64,000 nt of DNA, from NCBI GenBank assembly GCA_000146045.2, contig BK006938.2, forward strand, positions 768,001 through 832,000, written 5' to 3'. Source of the DNA: TPA_inf: Saccharomyces (lineage: Eukaryota). Position numbers and translations under genes: made by a program. Under the pieces are notes generated by a model. The model had not been told where the DNA came from. It saw nothing but the letters and a program-made list of their open reading frames with translations, and did no database searches. Within the stretch, counting starts at the first letter, position 1, and every line of letters begins with the position of its first letter. Positions 46,452-59,355 of the stretch are shown here, piece by piece.

Positions 46452-48560
46452 ATGCCTAGACATGGAAGAAGAGGAAAACTGCCAAAAGGCGAGAAACTTC
46501 CTAAAAAGGAGGGAGGCGACAATACTCCGTCAAAGCTTTTATCGTCAATGCTTAAAACTTTAGATTTGACCTTCGAGCGTGATATTGGAATGCTCAATGG
46601 CAAAAGTGTTAGGTCCATACCCAATAAAAAAACTTTACTTGAATTGCAAAGTCAATTGGATAGTCTCAATGAAATACTGGGTACAATTGCCCGAGGTGAT
46701 CAAGAGACCATTGAAGCGCTTCGGAAAATAAGAGACAGTAAAAATGAGAAGCAAGCAAACGATGAAAAGCAGGAAACTTCAAATGCAGACGGGCAGCACG
46801 AAAGTTCTACTGCTACTGAAGAAACGAATATAATTGATAAAGGGGTACAAAGCCCACCAAAACCTCCTCCTTCTAATGAAATCTCCGGCACAATTGAGAA
46901 CGATGTAGAAAGCATCAAACAAGCGGCTGATAATATGGCTAAAGAAGAAATTAATGAAGACAAAGATTTACAAGTTCATAGAGATCAACCCAGAGAAAAG
47001 AGGCCGTTCGATTCTGAAACTGAAAATAGGGCCACTGAAAATGAAAACACACAGAGGCCAGACAATAAGAAGCAAAAAATTGACGTTGACAAAATGGAAA
47101 ACGATCCAACTGTTAAAAATCCAAAATCAGAATTTGTAGTATCGCAAACGTTACCTCGAGCAGCAGCAGCACTCGGCTTATTCAATGAAGAGGGACTAGA
47201 AAGTACAGGAGAAGACTTCCTAAAAAAAAAATACAATGTAGCTAGTTATCCAACAAATGATTTGAAAGATCTGTTACCAGGTGAATTACCGGATATGGAC
47301 TTTTCGCATCCTAAACCAACCAACCAAATTCAATTCAATACCTTTCTAGCATTTGTGGAAAATTTTTTCAAAGATCTTAGTGATGACAACTTAAAGTTTT
47401 TGAAGATGAAATATATTATACCCGATAGCTTGCAATTTGACAAAACTTATGACCCTGAGGTAAACCCGTTTATTATACCGAAACTAGGCCCTTTATACAC
47501 AGATGTTTGGTTCAAAGATGAAAACGACAAAAATTCTGCCTATAAAAAACCTTCACCATATTCAAACGATGCATCTACTATACTACCAAAAAAAAGTGCC
47601 AACGAACTTGATGATAATGCTTTGGAATCGGGCAGTATATCGTGTGGGCCCTTATTATCTAGGCTGTTGAGTGCTGTATTAAAAGATGACAATGACAAAT
47701 CAGAATTGCAATCTTCTAAAATAATACGGGATGGCGGACTACCGAGAACCGGAGGGGAAGACGATATACAATCGTTTAGAAACAACAACAATGATACTGT
47801 AGACATGACATTATCTCAGGAGAACGGGCCCAGTGTTCAAACACCTGACAATGACATTGATGAGGAAGCATCTTTCCAAGCAAAACTGGCAGAAAATAAA
47901 GGCAGTAATGGCGGTACTACAAGTACGTTACCCCAACAAATTGGGTGGATAACAAATGGAATTAACCTGGACTATCCAACATTCGAAGAACGATTGAAAA
48001 GAGAACTAAAGTATGTAGGGATATACATGAATTTGCCTAAGGATGAGAACAACCCTAACTCAGATGACCCCGATTGGGTCACCGGTAGAGAAGACGACGA
48101 AATAAGCGCAGAGTTAAGAGAATTGCAAGGCACTTTAAAACAAGTGACCAAGAAAAACCAAAAGAGGAAAGCCCAATTGATTCCACTAGTGGAAAGACAA
48201 CTAGCATGGCAGGAATACTCATCTATTTTAGAAGATTTAGACAAACAAATCGACCAGGCTTATGTCAAACGTATTCGCGTACCCAAGAAAAGAAAGAAGC
48301 ATCATACAGCAGCTTCAAATAATGTGAACACAGGAACCACGTCTCAAATAGCACAACAAAAGGCTGCAAACTCAAGTTTAAAATCCCTTCTGGATAAAAG
48401 GCAAAGGTGGATTAATAAGATTGGTCCATTGTTTGATAAACCTGAAATTATGAAGAGAATCCCCAATGAAAGCGTATTCAAGGACATGGACCAAGAAGAA
48501 GATGAGGATGAAGCCGATGTATTTGCACAAAACACTAATAAGGACGTGGAACTAAATTAA
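46452..48560 (+). CDS. NGG1: SAGA/ADA complex subunit Ada3, 702 aa
   Basis: A 702-aa ORF beginning MPRHGRRGKLPKGEKLPKKEGGDNTPSKLLSSMLKTLDLTFERDIGMLNG. It is hydrophilic and acidic, and matches Ngg1/Ada3 (YDR176W). Confidence 0.83.
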   Translation: MPRHGRRGKLPKGEKLPKKEGGDNTPSKLLSSMLKTLDLTFERDIGMLNGKSVRSIPNKKTLLELQSQLDSLNEILGTIARGDQETIEALRKIRDSKNEKQANDEKQETSNADGQHESSTATEETNIIDKGVQSPPKPPPSNEISGTIENDVESIKQAADNMAKEEINEDKDLQVHRDQPREKRPFDSETENRATENENTQRPDNKKQKIDVDKMENDPTVKNPKSEFVVSQTLPRAAAALGLFNEEGLESTGEDFLKKKYNVASYPTNDLKDLLPGELPDMDFSHPKPTNQIQFNTFLAFVENFFKDLSDDNLKFLKMKYIIPDSLQFDKTYDPEVNPFIIPKLGPLYTDVWFKDENDKNSAYKKPSPYSNDASTILPKKSANELDDNALESGSISCGPLLSRLLSAVLKDDNDKSELQSSKIIRDGGLPRTGGEDDIQSFRNNNNDTVDMTLSQENGPSVQTPDNDIDEEASFQAKLAENKGSNGGTTSTLPQQIGWITNGINLDYPTFEERLKRELKYVGIYMNLPKDENNPNSDDPDWVTGREDDEISAELRELQGTLKQVTKKNQKRKAQLIPLVERQLAWQEYSSILEDLDKQIDQAYVKRIRVPKKRKKHHTAASNNVNTGTTSQIAQQKAANSSLKSLLDKRQRWINKIGPLFDKPEIMKRIPNESVFKDMDQEEDEDEADVFAQNTNKDVELN

Positions 48561-48877
48561 AATATACGAACTCTAAGGAAAAATACGTAGCATAATAACG
48601 CATATAACTAACAATTTGGATAACTATCCATAAAAAAAAAAAAATAGTCACATAATACGAACATTAATATCCTTTTTTGTTACATTTTCTTCCATCTGAA
48701 ATATTTGGAGGGGCAAAAACAATGAGATGACAGTTGAATGCATGAACTTCCGATCGCGGGCGTATAGGTAAAGTCAATTGAAGCAAGTGTGACGACATAA
48801 GTATCGTAATTTAGTGGTTGGATACATTAAAAAAAACAAGTGGTATATATATAAGTAGTAGTAGTAAGAAGTAAGCG

Positions 48878-49525
48878 ATGTCTAGGGCTAAGAGAATTAT
48901 GAAAGAAATCCAAGCTGTGAAGGATGATCCTGCAGCTCACATTACTCTTGAATTTGTGAGTGAATCTGATATCCACCATTTAAAAGGCACATTTTTGGGC
49001 CCACCTGGAACACCTTACGAGGGTGGCAAATTTGTCGTGGATATCGAAGTACCTATGGAGTATCCATTCAAACCACCAAAGATGCAGTTCGACACAAAAG
49101 TATACCATCCAAATATATCATCAGTGACAGGTGCCATTTGTTTAGATATTCTTAAGAATGCATGGTCGCCAGTGATAACACTAAAGTCTGCATTGATTTC
49201 GCTACAGGCGCTACTACAATCTCCAGAGCCTAACGATCCTCAAGATGCAGAAGTAGCACAACACTATTTACGGGATAGAGAATCTTTTAATAAGACTGCT
49301 GCACTATGGACGAGGTTATACGCCAGTGAAACTTCCAATGGTCAAAAAGGCAATGTAGAGGAGTCTGATTTATATGGGATTGACCACGATCTGATTGACG
49401 AGTTTGAATCTCAAGGTTTTGAAAAGGACAAGATTGTGGAAGTGTTGAGACGATTAGGCGTCAAGTCCTTAGACCCCAATGACAACAACACAGCCAACCG
49501 TATCATCGAGGAATTGTTGAAGTGA
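48878..49525 (+). CDS. UBC1: Ubiquitin-conjugating enzyme E2 with C-terminal UBA domain, 215 aa
   Basis: The UBC fold has the active-site motif [24 protein letters not shown]-terminal UBA-like tail ([33 protein letters not shown]) is present. It begins [14 protein letters not shown]. Confidence 0.9.
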
Positions 49526-49716
49526 ATAGATAAAAAAAAAACGCACCAAGTAAGTAAGTAAATAAAGAATAAATAAACTATATGAGTAAAACACCAAGCG
49601 AGGATGTTTCATTGTGCATCCGTGTTCTTGATGATCACATAACTGTAAAAGAATAATACGGCACGTTAAATGTTATTTTAGAATATATAAACACCTTATG
49701 TGCCATAAGCATTGAG

Positions 49717-49721
49717 CCAAT
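49717..49721 (+). promoter_or_regulatory. CCAAT box (candidate Hap2/3/4/5 site) about 230 bp upstream of SDH4
   Basis: The sequence is gagCCAATcgc. SDH4 is a respiratory gene expected to be HAP-regulated. This is a motif-only call. Confidence 0.3.
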
Positions 49722-49841
49722 CGCTGCTGTTTTTTTTATTCCGGGGCACCTTCGGAAGAACACAGGCGCAATTTAGTTATATAAGGAGAAGCCCTCGAGC
49801 GATCAGGGGACCGACTGCGGATCGCTTTAAGGCAAAGATAG

Positions 49842-50495
<654 letters not shown>

Positions 50496-50707
50496 ATAAA
50501 TCACCACGAATCATTTGTTCGGTCATGTAACATGCACATCTATAGCAACGACGTGTCTCCTATCTTTTGCTTTTACCTTGTTTTCCGCCGGTATATTCCT
50601 TTGCCATATTTACTAGTATTTATTTATTATTATTTATTCTTCTATTTTTCTTTTATTTATTTGTTACTTCCTAATATCGTCATTATTATGCCTTTTTCAT
50701 ATTTGAT

Positions 50708-51196
50708 TTACTCCAATATATTCTGTTTGAGCTTTGTTTCCCAGCTCCGAAGATTTTGAACTAAATACTCTTTCGTCACTCGCGGATTTTTAATTATAGT
50801 CAGTTCCTTTTCATGACAGTACACATCTCTACAGTCAAATCTTCTTGAAAATTTCATAGATTTACTGACTGAATCCATCTCTGCTTTAAAAATATTCTGT
50901 AGCTGAATTAAATGGCTTTCGATGATACCATCGTCTTCAATTTGACATTCTTCTTTAATTAACTCGTAACTTAACTCATTATATATTTCGCTTAATGTTA
51001 CCAATGTTAATTTCTCCAGTTTTGATCGCATTAATGATGTTAGGATTATGTTTTCCGGTAGATCTTTAATGTTTCCAAAGGCAAATATTTCGAATAATTG
51101 TTGTTCATCGGGATCTTTAGTATTTAACCATTCTTCTTTGTAGTGATATTTGTAAGGATCTTCTAGCGATTTTATTGTTTCTTCCCTCATTACCAT
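50708..51196 (-). CDS. CSN9: COP9 signalosome subunit, 162 aa
   Basis: A 162-aa ORF beginning MVMREETIKSLEDPYKYHYKEEWLNTKDPDEQQLFEIFAFGNIKDLPENI. It matches YDR179C by recall and synteny. Confidence 0.7.
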   Translation of the reverse strand: MVMREETIKSLEDPYKYHYKEEWLNTKDPDEQQLFEIFAFGNIKDLPENIILTSLMRSKLEKLTLVTLSEIYNELSYELIKEECQIEDDGIIESHLIQLQNIFKAEMDSVSKSMKFSRRFDCRDVYCHEKELTIIKNPRVTKEYLVQNLRSWETKLKQNILE

Positions 51197-51432
51197 TCTC
51201 TCTTATCTGTACTACGTAGGTCATCACTGTTATTGTTTTTTATTTCTTTGTTTACTATTGTCCGTAATATAAATACATATTAAAAAAGTTGATGATGAGT
51301 TGCTCAATAATTTTCGCATTCCCTAAGATACAACGAACCAAAGGCAAGATAACAATAATATAAGAAAAAGCAAACGCGATAAGAGCCAGGGAAGTCAATA
51401 TATACTGCACGGCTTTATTTCTATATGTGTAG

Positions 51433-52824
51433 ATGCCTACCATTTTATACAACACCAATTCCAGTTTAATTACCAAGTACCGAAGGCCAAATGCCTCAAA
51501 TCAATATAAAGGCTTTCTGTCAAAAAAAGGACATACACGACTGAATTCTAAATCGAGTGGAGATATTTGGGAGAAAGATTGTAGTCATACGAAAAATTCT
51601 GGTAATGATGTTTCGTTTGAGAGTGAATTTGAAAAAGATTCGGTTGAGTATCTAAGGGATTTATGTTTCTCTATATACCCAAATTCATTACATCAGAAAA
51701 TCAGAAGCATAGAAGCTTTGCCAGACCTACAGGTAAATACCTTTATTGCCTTAATTTTCCAAAATTTCGTTAAGTCTTGGTATGGTATCAAAATACCCAC
51801 TGATGATTCCAAGTTTTTAACCGAACTATATAACTTAGTTCAAGATTTAATAACATATTTGAAGAGTTCCAAAATCAATTACCATGCCCTTTTACTCGAT
51901 TATATTCCCTGCTTGCTTTCGTCTCACTTGAAAGCATTAAATGACTCATCTCAAAATAACGATTTAGTTTATGAACAGTACTGTAAGCTAACTTTGTATG
52001 ATTCGAAACGATATCCAATGCTATTCACTGAAATCATACAAAGTAAAATGAGCACCAAATCTCTACTACAGAGAAGCTTTTTGGATAGCTTTTTAAATGA
52101 ACTTGTGTTCGGGCATATTTTTAATTCAATAGCGGAACCATATTATCTTCTGGAGGGCTTGAATAAAATTTGCATAAGAATAAAGCTAAATTCTGCAGGA
52201 AATACCAGAAACGAGGTGACTCATGGAAAGCCTAAATGCGATCCCTGGTTGTTTGTTTCCAATGTAAAGCACAAAATATTGCAAATGACCAGGCTTTTAG
52301 CTTATTCAACTTCAACAGAAGCAGCAAATATGAACACTGCCGAAATTCAAGAAACAGCATTTCTACAAAGATATATTTTTACTTTTTTCACCGATGATTT
52401 TTTCAAATTATCTATGAGGAAGCCATTCCTATTCTCAATATGCAGAACGCTTCAGCATTGGATCTCTAAATTAAATGCGTTAAACAGGGTCATGTATAGA
52501 ACATTTGACAATATTGTTCAAACTAAAATTACCAGCCCTGTGACAATTGGCAACTTATTCTCATTATTACGACATTCTTTGTTTCCTAATGACAATATGA
52601 TGGGGCCACCAAGAGTATTACCAGTGGGTGATGCTTTTCTAGAGTTCAGAGAAGAGTGTATTTCCAATTTATGGGATGTTTGTATGACTTATAAACTTGA
52701 TCATATCCTCGCTATCAAAAGGTCTGACATAGCGGATCTTATTATCTGCATATCGAAGAATAGGGATTGCAATAAACTGCTAATTTATAGAATTATTGAC
52801 TGTGTTATTGCGCAGTTGCCGTAG
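51433..52824 (+). CDS. NVJ3: Uncharacterised 463-aa protein (YDR179W-A / NVJ3-like)
   Basis: A 463-aa ORF beginning MPTILYNTNSSLITKYRRPNASNQYKGFLSKKGH. I see no clear catalytic motif. The gene assignment comes from synteny and length recall only. Confidence 0.55.
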   Translation: MPTILYNTNSSLITKYRRPNASNQYKGFLSKKGHTRLNSKSSGDIWEKDCSHTKNSGNDVSFESEFEKDSVEYLRDLCFSIYPNSLHQKIRSIEALPDLQVNTFIALIFQNFVKSWYGIKIPTDDSKFLTELYNLVQDLITYLKSSKINYHALLLDYIPCLLSSHLKALNDSSQNNDLVYEQYCKLTLYDSKRYPMLFTEIIQSKMSTKSLLQRSFLDSFLNELVFGHIFNSIAEPYYLLEGLNKICIRIKLNSAGNTRNEVTHGKPKCDPWLFVSNVKHKILQMTRLLAYSTSTEAANMNTAEIQETAFLQRYIFTFFTDDFFKLSMRKPFLFSICRTLQHWISKLNALNRVMYRTFDNIVQTKITSPVTIGNLFSLLRHSLFPNDNMMGPPRVLPVGDAFLEFREECISNLWDVCMTYKLDHILAIKRSDIADLIICISKNRDCNKLLIYRIIDCVIAQLP

Positions 52825-53294
52825 ACTTCGTGATGTATAGAGTATTGTTGACAAATATTTGATGTTACCGAAATAGCACTCTTTGTAGCATTATTACCAA
52901 TTTTTATACTATGAAGTAAGGTCTTAGGAAGCAAGAACATTGTTAACAAATAGCTTTTATGACCTAATCATTAGCACTATTCATTGCCAAATATGCAAAT
53001 ATCTATTCCTTTTGCCCGAACAGGTAAAAGTGGTATTGCTTTTATGTTAAACGCGAAACTGCCGCCACTTCGCTTAAAAAAAACACTGGCTGAAAAAGAA
53101 CGATGCAGTTTAGTAACTAAAGTTTTTTCTAGCTCAGGCTTAGAGTTCGATAACAACAAGTCACATTCGAGTGCTCCACTTATAGCAATTTTTCTTTTGT
53201 GTATTGGTTTGCTCCTGTGTGCTCAGGCTTTTCGTTTGTTGTGAGAGTATTGTTCTTATAACTATTCATTTTTTGAAAGAATTGGCGGCTAGCA

Positions 53295-56200
53295 ATGTCG
53301 TACCCAGGGAAAGACAAGAATATTCCTGGAAGAATAATAGAGGCCCTAGAAGACCTGCCTTTGAGTTATCTGGTTCCTAAGGATGGGTTAGCCGCGCTAG
53401 TAAATGCCCCAATGCGGGTTTCTTTACCTTTTGACAAGACTATCTTTACCAGCGCTGATGATGGCAGAGATGTTAATATAAATGTTCTAGGTACAGCTAA
53501 CAGCACTACTTCTTCCATAAAGAATGAGGCCGAAAAAGAAAGGCTTGTTTTCAAAAGACCCAGTAATTTTACGTCATCAGCCAATTCTGTTGATTATGTC
53601 CCAACTAACTTTTTGGAAGGATTATCACCGCTAGCGCAGAGTGTTCTATCAACCCATAAAGGGTTGAATGATTCCATTAACATCGAGAAAAAAAGTGAAA
53701 TAGTAAGCAGACCGGAGGCAAAGCATAAGCTCGAAAGTGTGACTTCGAATGCTGGTAACTTGAGTTTCAACGACAATTCTTCCAACAAGAAAACCAAAAC
53801 TTCAACAGGTGTAACCATGACACAAGCGAATTTAGCGGAACAATATTTGAATGATCTTAAAAATATTTTAGATATTGTTGGATTTGACCAAAACTCTGCT
53901 GAAATTGGAAATATCGAGTACTGGCTCCAGTTGCCAAATAAAAAATTCGTTTTAACTACAAACTGCTTAACCAAATTACAAATGACAATTAAAAATATTA
54001 CCGATAACCCACAGCTATCGAACTCAATCGAAATAACATGGCTTTTGAGATTGCTTGATGTGATGGTTTGTAATATAAAGTTCAGTAAAAGCTCTTTAAA
54101 GATGGGTTTAGATGATTCTATGTTACGATATATTGCTTTGCTTTCTACAATTGTACTATTCAATATTTTTTTACTGGGTAAGAATGACAGCAACTTACAT
54201 CGGGAATCATACATCATGGAACCGGTGAATTTTTTAAGCGACTTGATAGAATCTCTAAAAATATTAACAATTGAATATGGTTCTTTGAAGATAGAATTTG
54301 ACACTTTCCAGGAGGCCCTAGAATTGCTACCGAAATACATACGTAACGGCCCTTTTCTGGATGATAATGTCACGGCAAAGCTTGTGTACATCTTTAGCGA
54401 CTTGCTGATGAATAATGACATTGAAGCAACTACGAATATCCAATTTCAAAGTTTTTGGGATAATGTGAAGAGAATCAGCTCTGATATTTTAGTTTCATTA
54501 TTCGGTAGTTTTGATCAACAGAGAGGATTTATTATAGAAGAACTACTATCTCATATCGAAAAGCTTCCCACTAAGAGAATACAAAAAAAACTAAGAAAAG
54601 TTGGTAACCAAAACATTTATATCACTGATTTTACCTTTACTTTAATGTCAATGTTAGAGAATATTAATTGCTACTCCTTCTGTAATCAGATGAAGGATAT
54701 TGCACCAGAGAATATTGATCTATTAAAGAACGAATACAAAAAGCAAGAAGAATTTCTTTTTAACATTGTTGAGCATATAAATGACACAATACTGGAAAGG
54801 TTTTTCAAGAACCCGTCCGCTTTAAGGTATGTAATTGACAACTTTGTCCAAGATCTATTATTGCTAATTTCCTCCCCTCAGTGGCCTGTAACAGAAAAAA
54901 TACTAAGCTCTTTGTTAAAGAGACTTCTAAGTGTATACAGCCCATCCATGCAAGTTTCTGCAAACATTGAAACAATATGTTTACAACTTATAGGGAATAT
55001 TGGTTCTACAATTTTTGATATTAAATGCTCAACTAGAGACCATGAAGATAACAACTTGATTAAAATGATTAATTACCCCGAAACTTTGCCGCATTTTTTT
55101 AAATCATTTGAAGAATGCATTGCATATAATGAAACGATCAAATGCCGTCGTTCTGCAACAAGATTCCTTTGGAATTTAAGGCTCGGTACGATCTTGATAT
55201 TAGAAGAGTATACAAAGGATGCCAAAGAACAAATTATAACCGTTGACAATGAATTGAAAAAAATATTGGAGCAGATAAAAGATGGTGGACTTGGACCCGA
55301 ATTAGAGAACAGAGAAGCAGATTTTAGTACGATTAAATTGGATTATTTTTCTATTTTGCACGCCTTTGAACTACTGAATCTATACGATCCATACTTGAAG
55401 TTGATATTATCACTTCTAGCCAAGGATAAAATCAAACTGAGATCGACTGCTATTAAATGTCTCTCGATGTTGGCTTCAAAAGACAAAGTGATACTTTCAA
55501 ACCCAATGGTTAAAGAAACTATTCACCGGCGTTTAAACGACTCATCTGCATCTGTCAAGGATGCCATTCTAGATTTGGTCAGTATTAATTCTTCATACTT
55601 CGAATTTTATCAACAAATTAACAACAACTATAACGATGATAGCATAATGGTAAGAAAACATGTGTTAAGAATTAATGAAAAAATGTACGACGAGACGAAC
55701 GACATCGTCACGAAGGTATACGTAATAGCAAGAATCCTAATGAAAATAGAAGACGAGGAGGACAATATAATTGATATGGCTAGGCTGATTTTATTAAATA
55801 GATGGATATTAAAGGTACATGAAGTATTGGACCAGCCCGAAAAGTTGAAAGAAATTTCTTCTTCAGTCCTACTAGTAATGTCCCGTGTGGCTATAATGAA
55901 TGAGAAATGCTCCCAACTTTTCGACTTGTTTCTCAACTTTTATCTCCTAAACAAAGAAGCGCATTCAAAAGAAGCATACGATAAAATCACTCACGTTCTA
56001 ACCATTCTTACCGACTTTTTGGTACAAAAAATTGTCGAGCTCAACTCAGATGACACAAATGAAAAGAATTCGATTGTTGATAAACAAAATTTTTTAAACC
56101 TTTTGGCGAAGTTTGCTGATTCTACTGTGTCATTTTTGACTAAAGACCACATTACAGCATTGTATCCTTATATGGTATCGGACGAAAAATCTGACTTCCA

Positions 56201-57776
56201 CTATTATATCTTGCAAGTCTTTAGATGCACTTTTGAAAAATTGGCCAACTTTAAACAGAAATTTTTGTATGACTTAGAGACGACCCTTTTGAGTAGGCTA
56301 CCAAAGATGAATGTAAGAGAGATAGATGAAGCTATGCCTCTTATCTGGTCTGTTGCCACTCATCGTCATGATACTGCTAGAGTAGCTAAAGCATGTTCAT
56401 CCTGTCTTTCCCATTTACATCCATATATAAATAAGGCAAATAACGAGGAAGCTGCCATTGTAGTTGACGGAAAATTGCAAAGGCTGATATATTTATCCAC
56501 CGGTTTTGCCAGGTTCTGCTTTCCTAAACCCTCCAATGATAAAATTGCATTTTTACAAGAAGGTGAAACCCTGTATGAACATATTACCAAATGCCTACTT
56601 GTACTATCTAAAGACAAAATTACACACGTAATAAGAAGGGTTGCTGTGAAAAATCTCACTAAATTATGTGGAAATCATCCAAAACTATTCAATTCAAGAC
56701 ACGTTCTACATTTACTGGACAAAGAATTTCAGAGCGATCAGCTAGATATTAAACTAGTAATTCTAGAAAGTTTATATGATCTTTTTCTACTGGAAGAAAG
56801 GAAGTCAGTGAGAAACACTGGCGTTAATAGCACTTTGTCTTCGAACTCCATTTTGAAAAAGAAATTACTGAAAACGAATAGGGTAGAGTTTGCAAATGAT
56901 GGAGTATGTTCAGCGTTGGCTACTAGATTTTTAGACAATATTCTCCAACTATGTCTCCTACGTGATCTAAAGAATTCTCTCGTAGCTATTCGATTATTAA
57001 AGTTGATTTTGAAATTTGGTTACACAAATCCCTCTCATTCAATTCCAACTGTAATTGCTTTATTTGCCTCTACTAGCCAGTATATTCGTCATGTCGCCTA
57101 TGAGTTGTTAGAAGATCTTTTTGAGAAATACGAAACGCTAGTATTCAGTAGTTTATCTCGAGGGGTTACAAAAGCTATACATTATTCTATTCATACAGAT
57201 GAGAAGTATTATTACAAGCACGATCATTTTTTGTCTTTACTTGAAAAATTATGTGGAACTGGAAAAAAAAATGGCCCAAAGTTCTTTAAAGTTCTGAAGA
57301 GAATCATGCAATCCTATTTAGATGATATCACCGATTTAACATCAACAAATAGTAGTGTTCAAAAGTCCATTTTCGTTCTCTGCACTAACATTTCGAATAT
57401 CACATTTGTTTCTCAGTACGATTTGGTGTCCCTACTCAAAACCATTGATTTAACTACAGATAGATTAAAAGAGGTTATCATGGATGAAATAGGTGACAAT
57501 GTTTCATCGCTATCCGTATCAGAAGAAAAGCTCAGTGGAATAATTTTAATACAGTTAAGCTTACAGGATTTGGGTACTTATCTACTGCACTTATACGGGT
57601 TAAGGGATGATGTGCTTTTATTAGATATTGTAGAAGAATCAGAATTGAAGAACAAACAACTCCCTGCAAAGAAGCCGGATATCAGTAAGTTTTCCGCACA
57701 GTTGGAGAATATTGAACAGTATTCATCAAATGGCAAGCTTCTTACATATTTTAGAAAACACGTGAAGGATACGTAA
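53295..57776 (+). CDS. SCC2: Cohesin loader subunit (Nipped-B/Scc2 family, HEAT-repeat), 1493 aa
   Basis: A 1493-aa ORF beginning MSYPGKDKNIPGRIIEALEDLPLSYLVPKDG. It has long HEAT-like helical repeats (LKLRSTAIKCLSMLASKD...). The length matches Scc2 (YDR180W). Confidence 0.88.
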   Translation: MSYPGKDKNIPGRIIEALEDLPLSYLVPKDGLAALVNAPMRVSLPFDKTIFTSADDGRDVNINVLGTANSTTSSIKNEAEKERLVFKRPSNFTSSANSVDYVPTNFLEGLSPLAQSVLSTHKGLNDSINIEKKSEIVSRPEAKHKLESVTSNAGNLSFNDNSSNKKTKTSTGVTMTQANLAEQYLNDLKNILDIVGFDQNSAEIGNIEYWLQLPNKKFVLTTNCLTKLQMTIKNITDNPQLSNSIEITWLLRLLDVMVCNIKFSKSSLKMGLDDSMLRYIALLSTIVLFNIFLLGKNDSNLHRESYIMEPVNFLSDLIESLKILTIEYGSLKIEFDTFQEALELLPKYIRNGPFLDDNVTAKLVYIFSDLLMNNDIEATTNIQFQSFWDNVKRISSDILVSLFGSFDQQRGFIIEELLSHIEKLPTKRIQKKLRKVGNQNIYITDFTFTLMSMLENINCYSFCNQMKDIAPENIDLLKNEYKKQEEFLFNIVEHINDTILERFFKNPSALRYVIDNFVQDLLLLISSPQWPVTEKILSSLLKRLLSVYSPSMQVSANIETICLQLIGNIGSTIFDIKCSTRDHEDNNLIKMINYPETLPHFFKSFEECIAYNETIKCRRSATRFLWNLRLGTILILEEYTKDAKEQIITVDNELKKILEQIKDGGLGPELENREADFSTIKLDYFSILHAFELLNLYDPYLKLILSLLAKDKIKLRSTAIKCLSMLASKDKVILSNPMVKETIHRRLNDSSASVKDAILDLVSINSSYFEFYQQINNNYNDDSIMVRKHVLRINEKMYDETNDIVTKVYVIARILMKIEDEEDNIIDMARLILLNRWILKVHEVLDQPEKLKEISSSVLLVMSRVAIMNEKCSQLFDLFLNFYLLNKEAHSKEAYDKITHVLTILTDFLVQKIVELNSDDTNEKNSIVDKQNFLNLLAKFADSTVSFLTKDHITALYPYMVSDEKSDFHYYILQVFRCTFEKLANFKQKFLYDLETTLLSRLPKMNVREIDEAMPLIWSVATHRHDTARVAKACSSCLSHLHPYINKANNEEAAIVVDGKLQRLIYLSTGFARFCFPKPSNDKIAFLQEGETLYEHITKCLLVLSKDKITHVIRRVAVKNLTKLCGNHPKLFNSRHVLHLLDKEFQSDQLDIKLVILESLYDLFLLEERKSVRNTGVNSTLSSNSILKKKLLKTNRVEFANDGVCSALATRFLDNILQLCLLRDLKNSLVAIRLLKLILKFGYTNPSHSIPTVIALFASTSQYIRHVAYELLEDLFEKYETLVFSSLSRGVTKAIHYSIHTDEKYYYKHDHFLSLLEKLCGTGKKNGPKFFKVLKRIMQSYLDDITDLTSTNSSVQKSIFVLCTNISNITFVSQYDLVSLLKTIDLTTDRLKEVIMDEIGDNVSSLSVSEEKLSGIILIQLSLQDLGTYLLHLYGLRDDVLLLDIVEESELKNKQLPAKKPDISKFSAQLENIEQYSSNGKLLTYFRKHVKDT

Positions 57777-57909
57777 ATATATTGCACTTAAAATATACAT
57801 AGTATTAATAATCATTTTGCATTTTCCATGCTGATTTTTCACGCAGGTTTTGAGAAGCAACTATGAAATATTGAATTTCATTTACACCATCGCATTATAT
57901 TAGTTCAAA

Positions 57910-59355
57910 CTAAACCTTTTTTTTCTTGCGGACAGGCAAAATATTAATACCTGAGTTAGTTTTCATTCCATTGTGTGTTTTTACAAAGGTCTTTTCGTTA
58001 CAAGAGGGCACTATTGCTAAGTTTGGGTTGATATTGTTAATAATAGCACCCACATTCTCAGAAGACCTTTGTGAAATCTGAGATGCAGTGCAAGATGAAA
58101 TTGAACCTAAAGGTGCCTTCTCTGAAAGAGTTGGACTTATAGATGCAGCATTGTTCCTTAAGGCATTCATTTCTTTTGATTTGACAGTCTCTGTCACAGA
58201 TATTTCCTCCGCTTTAACATTCAGTTTCATAGACTTTTGTGTATCTTGCCTTATATCCCGAATGACTTCTGGTTCCACCTCCATCGTTAACGGGATGACT
58301 TCCCTTCTTCTTTTCACAGCAATTTGCGTTGATATTCGAGGAGCTTTCTTGAATTTTTTTGGATTTGTGGGAACTTTGTTTTTCCATGAATTTCTCTCTT
58401 TAGTGGAGGTTTTAATCAAATACGGTTTTCGGAGCGGCTCAGCTACGATAGCAAACCGTGTCATTCCCTTTTGTGATTGATGATCGCTCAGCAGTACTAT
58501 AATGGAACCACCGCATTGCTGCTCTCTCTTCTTTAGGCGTCTCTCCCTTATTTCCTCAACGGTTATTTTTTCTTCTTCTTCGTCAGAGGAGCTTGCGTAA
58601 TCTGGAATAAAAGTTCGATCGATTCGAGTATATATCTTGGGCCAATCTTTGCCACTAACCAATTTCAACAATGAATCACTTGAGGCTGGCCTTCTAGCTA
58701 AATTGCGGCTTTTTTTTTTCATAGATTCAAATTTATGTAACATTGAATCAATCAGCTCTTTAGTTTGGTAACGTTTAGTCTCCATTTCATTCTCGTCAGT
58801 GGGGTCATTTATTTTAGTAACCTTCTGTAATGTTACTTCCCAATTCAACATACCCAGTCTGTCTGAAATTAATGAAAGCCTGTCTGCTTCATTTTCACCA
58901 TTTACGATGTCCGATTGAATCATTCTATTTTCTTGCTTCAACATTTTCTTGTGGTAAGGCTGATACGTGCTATCAGGAAGCAAATCATCAGTTGGTTTTC
59001 TAATATTCTGGCTCAATTCATGATGTTCAATTTCTAGTGTCATCTTTGTAATTGTCTCTCTCTTTTTCTTGATCTCATCATCGACATTACTCATGAACGG
59101 CGACTTCATCACAGGTTTCTGACAACGCGTTTCGTCAACATGCTCATCTACAGTAAAGCAGGACTTAGATTTCCTTAGATGTCCAGCATTTGGGTTTATC
59201 CTGCTGACTAATCTTAACTTCCTTTTAGGGTTAATTTCGTATTCTTCTGTATCAAAATCGAATTTTTCAAATTCTCCATGACTATTTTTAATCTCAGACC
59301 TCAGCAATCTCTCAGAAGTATTATTTGCTTCTTCTATTGATTGAAAAATACCCAT
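57910..59355 (-). CDS. SAS4: SAS histone acetyltransferase complex subunit, 481 aa
   Basis: A 481-aa ORF beginning [40 protein letters not shown]. It matches Sas4 (YDR181C) by recall. Confidence 0.78.

Noticed and set aside
53594-54421. 275-aa antisense ORF inside SCC2
   Set aside because: It lies wholly within a well-supported 1493-aa CDS on the opposite strand. The product is AT-rich and low-complexity with no motif.
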